Below, piece after piece: positions 42,601 through 49,522 of a stretch of DNA of 64,000 bases. The DNA lies in assembly GCA_001643675.2 (NCBI GenBank), contig LSRY02000003.1:2046001-2110000 (forward strand). The letters are read 5' to 3'. Origin of the DNA: Monocercomonoides exilis PA203. Its lineage: Eukaryota > Protista > Preaxostyla. Made by a program: the position numbers and the translations under genes. Position 1 is the first letter of the stretch. Each line of letters begins with the position of its first letter. The notes below the pieces were generated by a model. That model worked only from the letters and a program-made list of their open reading frames with translations. It made no database searches and was not told where the DNA came from.

Positions 42601-45298
42601 CTTGTCCTCCTCCTCCTCCTCCACCACTGCCTCCTCCTGCTGCACTGGCTAATGCGACCCCGCCTCCTCCACTTCCTCCGCCGCCAGCAGCAGAAGAAGC
42701 CGAAGACGAGTCATTCAGCGCCAATGACGTGTAAGTGCGGAACTTTGGATTGAGCAAGAGACGTTCGATAGAACAAGCATCAAGAAGGAAAGTGGTGACT
42801 TGGTCTAAGACGCACTGCTCCATCTCGTCACACGACGGGGAGAAGGCGACGGTGGAGGTGAGGTGGCTGTTCTCGTTGCCTTCGTCGTTCGGCTGGAGAA
42901 TCAGGTTTGTGCGTAGAAGGGGGACGAATTCGCCTTCAGAAGAAGATGTTGAGCTGGAAGAATTGGTGTTGATGTTGTTGTCTGATGAAGTGGAAGAAGA
43001 AGAAGATGATGATGATGATGAATTTCCATCAGAAGAAGCAGATGAAGAAGATGAAGAAGATGAAGAAGAAGAAGAAGTTATGTCATCGTCAACAATCGGA
43101 GGGGCAGGTTCAGAAGCAAAAGTGGAGAAATAAGGAATCACAAACGGACGCTGTGGAGATGAACGTGAATTGCCAGCATTTGCATTTCTGTCATGTTCTT
43201 GTTTCTGCATCATCATCTGTTGTTGTTGCTGTTGTTGTTGTTGAGCCAACTGCCTTGCTGTTGAAGCAGAAGAAGCAGCAGCCGAGATAGAAGCTGATGA
43301 AGGTGTGCCTGGACGAGACGAAGATGTTCCGTTCGAATTGAATTGAGGCTGTTGAAGTGGCTGCAAATGCTTCGCTGAGCCCATCCGCCTTGGCCCAGGC
43401 CTTCCTCTGCTTGAGGGACGACCAGAGGAAGAAGAAGAAGAAGGCTCGCTCGGAACATTTGGATTAGAAAAGGCAGAAGAAGGAGAAAGATTAGCATTTC
43501 CTCTCTCTATTTCACCTCCTCCTCTGTTGTCCAACGGCTCCAACACAGCACGTGACTTCGCGCTTCTTCTCTTCATCCCTCCAGCTGCCTGGTTCCTCTT
43601 CTCCTCCTCCATCTTCTCCCTCACAATCTGCTCCTTCAGCATCTCCGACTCCTCCTCATTGCGCCTTCTGATTAGCACCTCTTTCACCTTTGCGAGTGAG
43701 TCCATCACAGGCGGCCGTGGCATTTGTGCTCCTTCGCAGCGCTGCAGGGCAACGAGCAGGTCGTATGTCGCCTGCAGCACAAGATGATGCAGCACATCCA
43801 GCAACATAAAGTCGATCTCTCGGATGAAGTTGGTTAAGCGCATACATTCCTGTCGTCGCGCTGCCATCTTCGTGTAACTCATTTCACCTGCCAACGCTTC
43901 TTCCAGCGATTTCCCTCCGCCTTCTCCTCCGCCATCTCCTCCTGCTCCTCCGTCTTGCCCTGCTCCGCTGCCACCAGCTCCCCCACTTCCACTTCCTCCT
44001 CCTCCTCCCAATGAAAGAGGCTGAATACGCGACGGTTTCAATGCTCTTGTCACTCCTCTGCTGACTGACTCGTGTTTGAGGAATCCCTTCAGCTCCATCA
44101 CGTCGTGGCAGGCAGTGCTCACAAAGTCGACGATCTGCTCCGCAAACACACTCAGCTTCCTTCTGAACACCGCGCTTTGCTCCTCCCTCTCCCTCACAAA
44201 CTCGTCCAGCGTGTAGATGTGTCTCGGCTGCACGCGGAACATGCGGGTGTCTTTGAAGGCAAGGCACTGCTCGCGGATGAGGCTGAGCGCAGCGCGGAGC
44301 GGCTGCTGGTGGAGAAAGTGTGTCTGGATGAGCGCCTTGTGTGCCTCGAGCATCCTCCTCCGCCGCACAAACGACTCCCACGCGCAGAAGGAGCGGTACA
44401 TGCGGTACTCCCGGAACGTCTGGATGCTCATCACCAGGTTGTAGAAGTGGCGCTCCTGCTCCCAGTCCTCCAGAGACGTGAAGTCGACACTCCCGTGCGA
44501 AAAATGCGTCACGCCTTTTGCGGACACCGTGTAATAGTCGTCTGGATCGATGTCGTTGTATGAAATGATGATGAGATCATACGGATTCAACGAATCAAAC
44601 GGCCCGCAGCCTGGTTTGGCATATACAAAGTCGAGCTTGGTTTTAAAATTCTTCATGCTTTCCACAAAATTTATAACATTTTGCCCAATTTGTGTTTGTG
44701 GATGATACTCTCCTTTTCTACGTGTCAACTGATCTTCCTCTTTGCGATCAATCGGCTCATTTGATAAAGCAGAATCATGACGGTCAGAAGAAGAAATTGA
44801 ATTTGGTGAAGAATTTCCCAAAGTTTGTGAAGTGTTTTGAGAAGACAAGGCACGAGAAGTTGGTGAAGATTGACGTGTTCGATAAGTCGTGGATTCAAGT
44901 GGTGCAAGTCGAGCAGTTCCCAGAGGGGTTCTTCCAGTAAGTTGAAGTGAGCGTGATGTAGGAAATCCACGAGACGACATTGATCCAAGTCCACGAGTTG
45001 AATCAAGTGTTAATTGCCTTGAGCTCATTTGTGCTTGCGCAAGTTTAGGTTGACTTAGTTGCAAAGCAGGTACAGAGTAATGAGGTCCGGATGAAGGCCT
45101 TTGTCCCTTTGTTGACGATGGTCGTATTGGTCCAGTTCCGCTAGATAATTGACCAAGAGGAGGAAGATGAACTTTGGTAACTGGTTGTGCATAAAGTCGT
45201 TGTGCTAATGAAGTAGGATCAAGCGGTTTTTGAGCAGCAATTCTTTCTTCGATGGTACTCTTTTTCAGAGCACGACTAATTTGAGTTGATTTGCTCAT
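30686..45298 (-). CDS. DNAH6: Axonemal inner-arm dynein heavy chain, DNAH6-like (~4870 aa, apparently uninterrupted ORF)
   Basis: P-loops GPAGTGKT, GPTRGGKT, GDTGVGKS, GVGGCGKQ; CFDEFNR; QLSQQKHYDFGMRAVKSVLVMAG; stalk coiled coil; C-terminus PLYKTGARYGVLSTTGHSTNFV...HWVLRGTALLCQ, typical of the DNAH6 subfamily. Dynein identity is certain; the subfamily call is from motif recall. Confidence 0.9.
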   Translation of the reverse strand: MSKSTQISRALKKSTIEERIAAQKPLDPTSLAQRLYAQPVTKVHLPPLGQLSSGTGPIRPSSTKGQRPSSGPHYSVPALQLSQPKLAQAQMSSRQLTLDSTRGLGSMSSRGFPTSRSLQLTGRTPLGTARLAPLESTTYRTRQSSPTSRALSSQNTSQTLGNSSPNSISSSDRHDSALSNEPIDRKEEDQLTRRKGEYHPQTQIGQNVINFVESMKNFKTKLDFVYAKPGCGPFDSLNPYDLIIISYNDIDPDDYYTVSAKGVTHFSHGSVDFTSLEDWEQERHFYNLVMSIQTFREYRMYRSFCAWESFVRRRRMLEAHKALIQTHFLHQQPLRAALSLIREQCLAFKDTRMFRVQPRHIYTLDEFVREREEQSAVFRRKLSVFAEQIVDFVSTACHDVMELKGFLKHESVSRGVTRALKPSRIQPLSLGGGGGSGSGGAGGSGAGQDGGAGGDGGGEGGGKSLEEALAGEMSYTKMAARRQECMRLTNFIREIDFMLLDVLHHLVLQATYDLLVALQRCEGAQMPRPPVMDSLAKVKEVLIRRRNEEESEMLKEQIVREKMEEEKRNQAAGGMKRRSAKSRAVLEPLDNRGGGEIERGNANLSPSSAFSNPNVPSEPSSSSSSGRPSSRGRPGPRRMGSAKHLQPLQQPQFNSNGTSSSRPGTPSSASISAAASSASTARQLAQQQQQQQQQMMMQKQEHDRNANAGNSRSSPQRPFVIPYFSTFASEPAPPIVDDDITSSSSSSSSSSSSASSDGNSSSSSSSSSSTSSDNNINTNSSSSTSSSEGEFVPLLRTNLILQPNDEGNENSHLTSTVAFSPSCDEMEQCVLDQVTTFLLDACSIERLLLNPKFRTYTSLALNDSSSASSAAGGGGSGGGGVALASAAGGGSGGGGGGGQGSGVESIAQLMDGRCQDDRLFATLRLEIRQAISRAYSRSVRYAKLFVPFIDALRGNITQREMMVLTEYCKINSRRYGDDSSEGEEGGNENNNNNNNKNGSQNKGRKSVNGGEENGRQEEGGEGEGEGEEEEEKLTAEQLEQIEREREHQWMKVREDLLLSIPTATSSSSSGSSSSSSVSGSYGSFRSLPPFASESVQFIPSPLWFADQLDRYQAQLSDVAAIGESFRVGPLEMSTLPFKETLLPPIKECIQMVQDLLPTLAGDLRTHLYNEMRKTQLIFSSRAESVEEYADVLSHLAVAQNGQEQVQFRFDNVMALYGQMRTHGIEINSTDQANLQLFEKGHTQLRVLILQTETAKEEQLTHFANKLTKRLEETHKEISSLRTQINDPSLVQVPTTGEEVDEGYFDQMRKQVIVLQKKVEKIEQTVQKNAEYQALFNVKEDKYEDLNLAKTESELRVLLWTSIGEWQQLMRGWREAPFSTLNPDEINITTAKYQKINNRLERELPPNNVVPKAKAMIVEMTQAFPVILALRNKDLKPHHWVKIKEALGISTDANENEFTLQYLLSIGAIEKRSELAQISDEASSEAVLTELLHGVIDKWNKLELHAKPFHQDSFLLVEVDDLMRELDDSQVQLATIKGSRHVGHIKEQVDFWVNKLALFAELLDLWLGFQQKWLSLEVVFEGDELLKDYSKQFHECNKFWHDFMSGVNEYPSALRVTQQPGLASIFRQHNATMDEIQVALNGLLNTKRNAFGRFFFLPNDDLLEILKEGKNPINVMPFMNKLFDNIKTLDFSSPEDVRKMEIIAMISSEGEVVSFGDEKVNPRSKPVEVWMKAVETSMTKTLHSLMGQALREHGMMPRSQWILQTKAQLVLAVSQVVWTAQVEQALNAEKPIEELKKLQQRCEQQLEALTEVVRGKLTTLQRVSVGALIVVDVHARDIVEEMVRDGVSSTSDFDWQKRLRYYWEAVKPSKSLNAAVSQFVQQAAGISGGTKKGKTKKDASGGKDTGEYQVAILEGNCYVRQTNSTFNYGFEYLGCTPRLVITPLTDQCYITLTSALHLKLGGAPAGPAGTGKTETCKDLSKAVARQCIVFNCSDGLNVDTMEQMFSGMCQAGAWFCFDEFNRIDIEVLSVVAQQIREIQNALQANQSPFSFQGTMIPLNPNCAVFITMNPGYAGRTELPDNLKSLFRPVSMMIPDYALIAEIMLFSEGFKTAKSLSQKMTQLYKLSSEQLSQQKHYDFGMRAVKSVLVMAGQLRRDNPHLTEDIILIRAMKESNLPKFLAEDVPLFQAIVSDLFPDVVVPPNDYGELMMMLRTVCEERHLQLLPDQLHKTIELFDTLGVRHGVMLVGPTRGGKTVCRDILAESMTRLREEIGSADQRFQTIIQKQMNPKAISIDEMFGCFSELTQEWKEGLLSYFVTSVVMDDSPTKKWILFDGPVDTLWVESLNTVLDDSKTLCLPNRKRIKLTPTVSLLFEVENLDVASPATVSRCGMVYIDPINLPWRAAVMSWINSLPPTIWDDARRRALYNLFDSFLDPLLAATEEMKESIHQPRLNKVQNVINIMKSHFVPAFGFIPVFDVQKSQDEEDEEGEVDNERAKMSAMLSAIAAEGSNGPKAIHDLAEFEGCLRTLFFFGVVWGLGGSLHESEHEKFDAAVRRGIESVYLPGVESVFDVVPDPETRKLTTWEVPEYTYKPGIPYFNILVPTINTIRFSYLMDVLIDTSTPTLLVGDTGVGKSVIAYDLFERTREKKSRQPVIINFSAQTNSNRTQAMIENKLMNRRDHFAAAPGTTVVLFIDDFNMPAPDTFGSQPPLELLRQMISTGGWYDRTALQFRAIKGVATTAACGPPGGGRNKVSERLTALFTQLCIPQPSEKFLNVIFNSILMGYITGLPFQPGIKETAPSIVRASIDLYNFALSELRPTPSKSHYVFNLRDLSKVFQGIIQVQPDGLKDEESFARLWAHESLRVFADRLTNDDDRLLFTTRICELAKQYLRINWKVDEVFGKRIDPMALRTLSSSASASASSAAPPQTPSPAKSKSPAGGFTEKQPPLALWSDLGKMNSDDRPYEEITDLGKLQTQLGHALADFNLECITRKTKEMDLVFFMEAVEHIARITRIIRQPRGNALLVGVGGCGKQSLTRLGAFIEGYDCFEITLAKNYGTPEFREDLRKLYDIAGVEGKPVVFLLSDAQIVQESFLEDINGILSSGEVPNLYDAQQREAAISKMRQCAKEGESVPEAPDAAMQYLVQRVRDNLHIVLCMSPVGDSFRRRCRMFPSLVNCCTIDWVANWPGTALKSVALRFIEDSPQLGGDSIADQVAEMCVRVHSSVEEASDLFFQEMKRKTYITPTLFLELITLMFRFLKERNDALDERIAKYENGCNTLTETKKSVADMQEELKKMEPILHEQHEQIQQLMEKILKDQTQTAEIRATVTAEEAVVRVEADKAKALADDAQVELDKIMPVYLEANKALESLSKAAVTEVKTFANPPEAVKRVMTAVCILFNKKPDWDNSRQLLSQANFIQMLVNYDINEIDGAMDKKMRPFIEDPEFKPDKVESVSKAAANICQWIVAIVEFARVSKIIEPKKQAAKEAQDKLADLTAKLAVKQKQLADVEAALAALKNQFDTKKAESAETENMIAQTERRFQNATQLVSALGDEGERWAASLEQARAEKKLVLGDSLLSAACLAYIGPFTASYRHDLIEGWIEDCNELGIPVNADFQLEKVLSSPVQIRDWEIQSLPSDPLSVENAVMVSQTRRWPLMIDPQGQANRWIREKEKERKIRVMRPGEPNFLRTLTNAIRVGQPILLEDVGETLDPQLSPLLLQQTVKQGGRTIIRLANQDVDYNPQFYLYITTKLANPHYLPDVSIKVSIINFTVTSQGLEDQLLADVVRNEKAELEEAKDKLVRDMAADAKLLVQTEAKILALLKGTTVQTLLDDLSLIETLEQSKKTSTEIMERVKDAEVTEQQLMAARNEYRPMAIRGSVLYFAIVDLAQLDPMYQYSLQYFKNIFGLSLTQTPPSPTLEERLKSLIDALTELIYTNICRGLFEKHRLLFSFVMAAQIRKRDQTISPKEWDVYMRGPTLALASVGTTNASSTQQRAHPLPPSFMPPSTAAAASGSSASSSTLTAFPFEGEIDWKCWTELTMLDLHWDEVYGGICAAMTESEESIAAWKEWLNQPTPTASMIPSASHQVKWNDFQRLLFVRVISPRSLTVCTMEYVRITLGDTFIRSPAMDLEKAHRDSSRSTPIIFILSTGADPTQHVVRFAQSKGFEDRLQLLSLGQGQGPIAVQMLKEAAMKGSWVFLQNCHLAASWMPELERICLSYQTNEGAPSNTNFRLWLSAMPTSAFPIAVLQNGIKLTNEPPKGVRNNILRSLRTLSPTLYEQGCPKQQFVWRRLLFGLAFFHSLIQERRKYGPLGWNIVYEFSDSDFEVSVNHLKMYLNDAANIDDTTSSKKKKEGESASSSSATPLTSGVSVDGHTIPWKALKYMTGIVNYGGRVTDDWDKRTLGAMLSRFYTEEIAFKDPFNLGSTNPNSVNHDRYIIDDLKTYTEAIEFADQFPSTEDPSVFGMHDNAELQLQLTEASRIIQSIALMQPRRASSGGSNAAVSKKKKKKKTAAAAANAQEGEGEDKEQTEEKKEQKGKGEETKEEEEEKEEKEAPAGRSSDDEVLETSKAILSKLPPLLEKSEAIPGVLPQLTSSASSAALPELSNSEDGTLIEDATEAAPPSSLSIVLSQEMVRFNNLLNVIVASLRELERAIAGLVVMSQAIEDVYNAILAGVVPTAWADAAYPSLKPLASWVDDLCDRVAFFRTWLTKGMPNCYWFSGFFFPQGFLTAILQTYARKYKYPIDTLRFKFQALKEPAEAITAPPSDGVYVHGLFMEAGRWDDNEMKLAESRPGEMYATMPVLHFLPQKGYTPPPTLYAAPLYKTGARYGVLSTTGHSTNFVTAVTLPTSEPPQHWVLRGTALLCQQNE

Positions 45299-45440
45299 CT
45301 CAACGCTTGAGATCAAAATATGGTTGTATTTTTTAATGAGTAAAGAGGTTCACATGCTGGAAGTATATGTTAAGGTATTATAAATATATTCGTAAAAACA
45401 GATTTACTGATCATATATACCTTTACAAAAAATTATATTC
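45299..45440. promoter_or_regulatory. Short divergent intergenic region; probable bidirectional promoter
   Basis: ~142 bp between the dynein ATG (-) and the ATG of the next gene (+). Confidence 0.5.
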
Positions 45441-46580
45441 ATGTCTGATGGAATTGAGCGGGAAAGAGAGAAAATCGATCATGCAATTAAAGTTCAAACA
45501 AAAATTGAGCGTTTATTAAAGCAGGCAAGCTTGAAATACAAAGTTGATGTTGAAGATATTGCTCCAATAAAGCCCACATCAAAGCCTGCTGCATCTCCTC
45601 CATTCAAATCTCGAGTTGATAAAGAAAGACTTCAAAGATATTTGACACGTAGATCAACTCCACCGAAAAAACGATCGTTACCTCCTTCAACTCACGTTCA
45701 GCAGGATCCTCATCATTATCCATGGGAAACTTGGAAACAAGAAAATGAAAGCGATTTGACTTTATCCGAAAGCATGTCTACACAATTGGCAATGCTTAAA
45801 CAATCAAAAGAAAATATAGGACAACCAAAACTTCAATCTTCTTGTAGTGTTGAATCATCAGAACATGAATCTACTCACAATCAATCATCAAGCCATTCAT
45901 CTATACCGAATAAAGTTGATGATTCTTCTTCAACCCTTTCAGCTTCAAACGATCAAGAATCATTTTCTGATGAAGAGGCTTCAGATTTCACTTCACAAAC
46001 TCCCATTTCACATCATGATTTTTATTTGCCTTCTTCTTTGCTGTCTTACGCAGATCATTTCAATCCTCTTCCAATTAATCACATAAGCGATTTCAGATTT
46101 ATGGTACTGAGATATCCTAGCGAATATGGAAAGATGGGCATGGCTAGCAGAATGAAAACTCAAAGGAAAAAGTTTGAACATAAAAGAAAAATTGAGAGAG
46201 AAAAGGAAATTTTGAAGAGAGAAAAAGAAAGAAGAAGTGAAAGACTGAAGGAAGACAAGAACAAAATGAAGAGGAAAAAAGAAAATAATTGGAAAGAAAT
46301 GAAATGGAAAGAGTATTCGAAAAATGAAGATGAGTTTAAAGATATGGAAGAGTTTGTGGAAAAGGAAATTGAGCGAATGAAAAAAGAGATTGAATTCGGT
46401 AGAAATTCTGGTTTTAACCGTTCTTTACATACAAATTTTCATCATTCAACTTCACCATCAATGCATGATGATGAACTGACACTTAGATCCATGTTGATCA
46501 AATCACCAAAAAAATCGCAACTAATAACAGATTCTGCAGATTATGATGTTGAATTGAGACGGCTTTTAACTGATGTTTAA
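45441..46580 (+). CDS. Hypothetical protein (379 aa; Ser-rich middle, K/E-rich coiled-coil-like C-terminal half)
   Basis: Long ATG-initiated ORF in AT-rich DNA with protein-like composition; no family recognised. Confidence 0.75.
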   Translation: MSDGIEREREKIDHAIKVQTKIERLLKQASLKYKVDVEDIAPIKPTSKPAASPPFKSRVDKERLQRYLTRRSTPPKKRSLPPSTHVQQDPHHYPWETWKQENESDLTLSESMSTQLAMLKQSKENIGQPKLQSSCSVESSEHESTHNQSSSHSSIPNKVDDSSSTLSASNDQESFSDEEASDFTSQTPISHHDFYLPSSLLSYADHFNPLPINHISDFRFMVLRYPSEYGKMGMASRMKTQRKKFEHKRKIEREKEILKREKERRSERLKEDKNKMKRKKENNWKEMKWKEYSKNEDEFKDMEEFVEKEIERMKKEIEFGRNSGFNRSLHTNFHHSTSPSMHDDELTLRSMLIKSPKKSQLITDSADYDVELRRLLTDV

Positions 46581-48442
46581 GAGCAATGAATAAATTTTCC
46601 TTTTTGTTTTTTAGTGTTATGAATCTATATTCTCTTTAATGAAAAGAATAAAATGGCTTTTTTATTTCTATTATCAAAGTCAAGAAAAGTTGAAAACAAT
46701 TTTTAAATGTGTAATGATGCAAATTCATAGATTTATTAAAAGATTCGTGCGGTTTTTAACGGTCGTAAAGTTTTATTTCAAATTTTAGAAAGAACTCTTC
46801 GTCGTTTACGTAAACTTTTTCACAAAACAACTCAATTTTATTTGGAAGTGATTTCCAAACTTTCTTTCAAAATGCAAAGCATGCATATAAAAGAAAAAAT
46901 CTTTTTTTAACACGTTCCAGATTAGTTTTGAACAAAATAATGTGGAAGTCCAATTTAAGAAATCCGAAATTGGAACTTTCACAGCTATTCGTTTTCTGTT
47001 CACACAATTTAATTATTTAAACTTCAGTGATATTTTTTAAAGTGGATGTTATACAGTTTTTTTGTATTTTTTCATTTTTGAAATGTTTCAAGTATTTAAT
47101 TATCAAGTATTAAACAATTGGGTTTTTGATCAATATTCGCCACAAACTCTTGAAACATCACTTTCTTTAAAACAAAAACAAATTTGAAGTCTCAATTCAA
47201 CTTTGTTCACATTATGGAGTGATTTATATTATTGTGACAAATGCAACTTTCATGTTGGAATGTTTAACAAAACCTTAAAATTGAAACTTTGATTTTTTAT
47301 GAAAAAAAAAAAAAAGAAAGAAAACAATAACGGGAATTCTTCAAAAGAACATCTGTTCTTTTATATTTAAAAAAAATGTTTTCGAATTAAAGAAGTTCAC
47401 AAAATATATTATGACCGTCCGTTTTAAAATCAAATTTTTAATAAAAAATTATTATTTTATTGACTAGGTCGAAATAATAATCACATTTATATTGAAATAT
47501 TCCCAATCCAATATTCAAAATTTCACGAAAATAGAAATTTCTTTAAATGAAATCATTTATTTCCTTTCTTGTGAGATTGAAAAAATGGGAACTTCATTTA
47601 TTATCAAACACAGAGTTTTTGTCTTTACAGATAAAATTTTTTAAAACAACAAATGTTATAATTTTTGACCAATTTTATTTAAACTTTCTATTTTCTTTTT
47701 TGTCTTCTGGGACAAAATCCTCTCTTTTTTGAAAAAACAACACTTTGTTCCAAACTTTTTATTCTTTTCATTTCAAAATAAGTCAAGCATTCTCAAGCAA
47801 AAATGTTTCGAAAAATTAAAAAAATGAGAAATTTGGGTGATTATTAAAAAAAATCACAACTCTTTTCTAAGTGTTTGTTTTTTTTAAGGCAGATTATCAT
47901 CGGAAAGAGATTATGTATTCAAATGGAAAATTCTTCACTCATATTTCAAAAAATAAATCTTATTGCCTAAACAAAAATGAAGATATTATTCATAAACCTT
48001 TTCATTTTTCAATGTTCCTTTGTTGATTATTGAAGGAAATTCTCTGTCCGAAAGTTTTGAAAGAAAAAATTTGATTTCAAAAAAAAAAAAAAAATCACAC
48101 ATTTGTTCGAAGAATCTGAATGGAACACAATACATCAAGTGAAAAAAATCGTCACAAATGCACTTTATCATATTAACAAACAAAATTGAAAATTTCACAT
48201 TTGAATCAAATTTCTGTTCCCACTCACGAAACAAGACAAAAATGAAAGTCGAAACTTGTCAATACTGTGCAAGGCTTGCAGATGAAGCTTTTTGAAGAAG
48301 AACATAAACTTGATCAGAACATGATTGTTTTATTTTTTATCAAAAGCAAACAAAAAGAATTTTTCAAAAGAAATATACCATTAATGAATGATTATCAAAA
48401 TGAAAAAAAAAAAATCCACATAGATTTTGTAACTTCAAAAAT

Positions 48443-48477
<35 letters not shown>

Positions 48478-49522
48478 TATTTTCTGTGAAAAGTTACTTC
48501 ACATTCAATCACAATAAAATATAGTCACAAAAAGGTGTGAATAACACGATGTGAAGATATCCGATTTTGGTTGTATTTGAAAAAAAGAGATTGCAACAGA
48601 ATGTTCATTTCATCAACTTCATGGAATCAATATTTAAACAGTTTTATAATTTTTATGATAAAAATAAAAATATGAGTCAAATTTTTTTGAAATTTTATTT
48701 GACAATAGAAAATGCTGATTCTTGAATTTTCGTTAAATATATATTGCTGAACGCTGAAAAATGATAATATAGAATTTTAAGAATTTTTTCACACATTCAT
48801 CTCGACAAATGGCTTTTGAAGCGATTGTTAAACATCAAATATATATGAAAGAAATTAATTTGACAAATAGCAAAAAAAGTTTTTAATAATCTTAGAACAG
48901 AATCAAGATGTGATTTTAACGATAATCACACGTATTAGAAAAGATAGTTGAACAAAAGTTATCAAATTTGTCATTTGCACAAAATGAAGAGACATTCTTT
49001 AATCAAATACAAAATCTATTCAAAAAAACAACAAATCATTTTTCTTGCAAGGTAATTGTAGTACACTGGAAAAATAACAACTTTTATTGATAAACTCGTT
49101 TGTCACTGTGAAGTTTTATCTCGTAACGATCACAATGATGGCTGTGTGGCAAATGCCAAATAAAATAGTCAAAGATGATATTTCAGATATTTTTAACTGA
49201 AACATTATCTTTCTGACTTTTACAGATCCAATTAACTCTGTTGAAATAACTGCTTCTTCGACTTCAAAAATGTTTGAAATGTGAAAATGAAAAATATCGA
49301 TTTTCAAGCTGTTTTTGAACAATGAATTAACACCTCACTTCTCAAAAAAATTATTTAATTAAAATGAAAAATCATGATTTTATCATCCATCCAATTCTGC
49401 TTATTGAAATTATTGTGAATTAAATTGTTGCTTGAAAACATTCAAAATACTTCAAAAGAAATAAAACCATAAAGAATTATGGTTATTTGCGAGGAGATAT
49501 GAAATTGCACTGCAGTTTGAAA

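Noticed and set aside
30709-44940. Numerous short plus-strand ORFs over the dynein gene (and antisense ORFs over IQCH and the S41-like gene)
   Set aside because: These are shadow ORFs produced by GC-rich codon usage of the real gene on the other strand.
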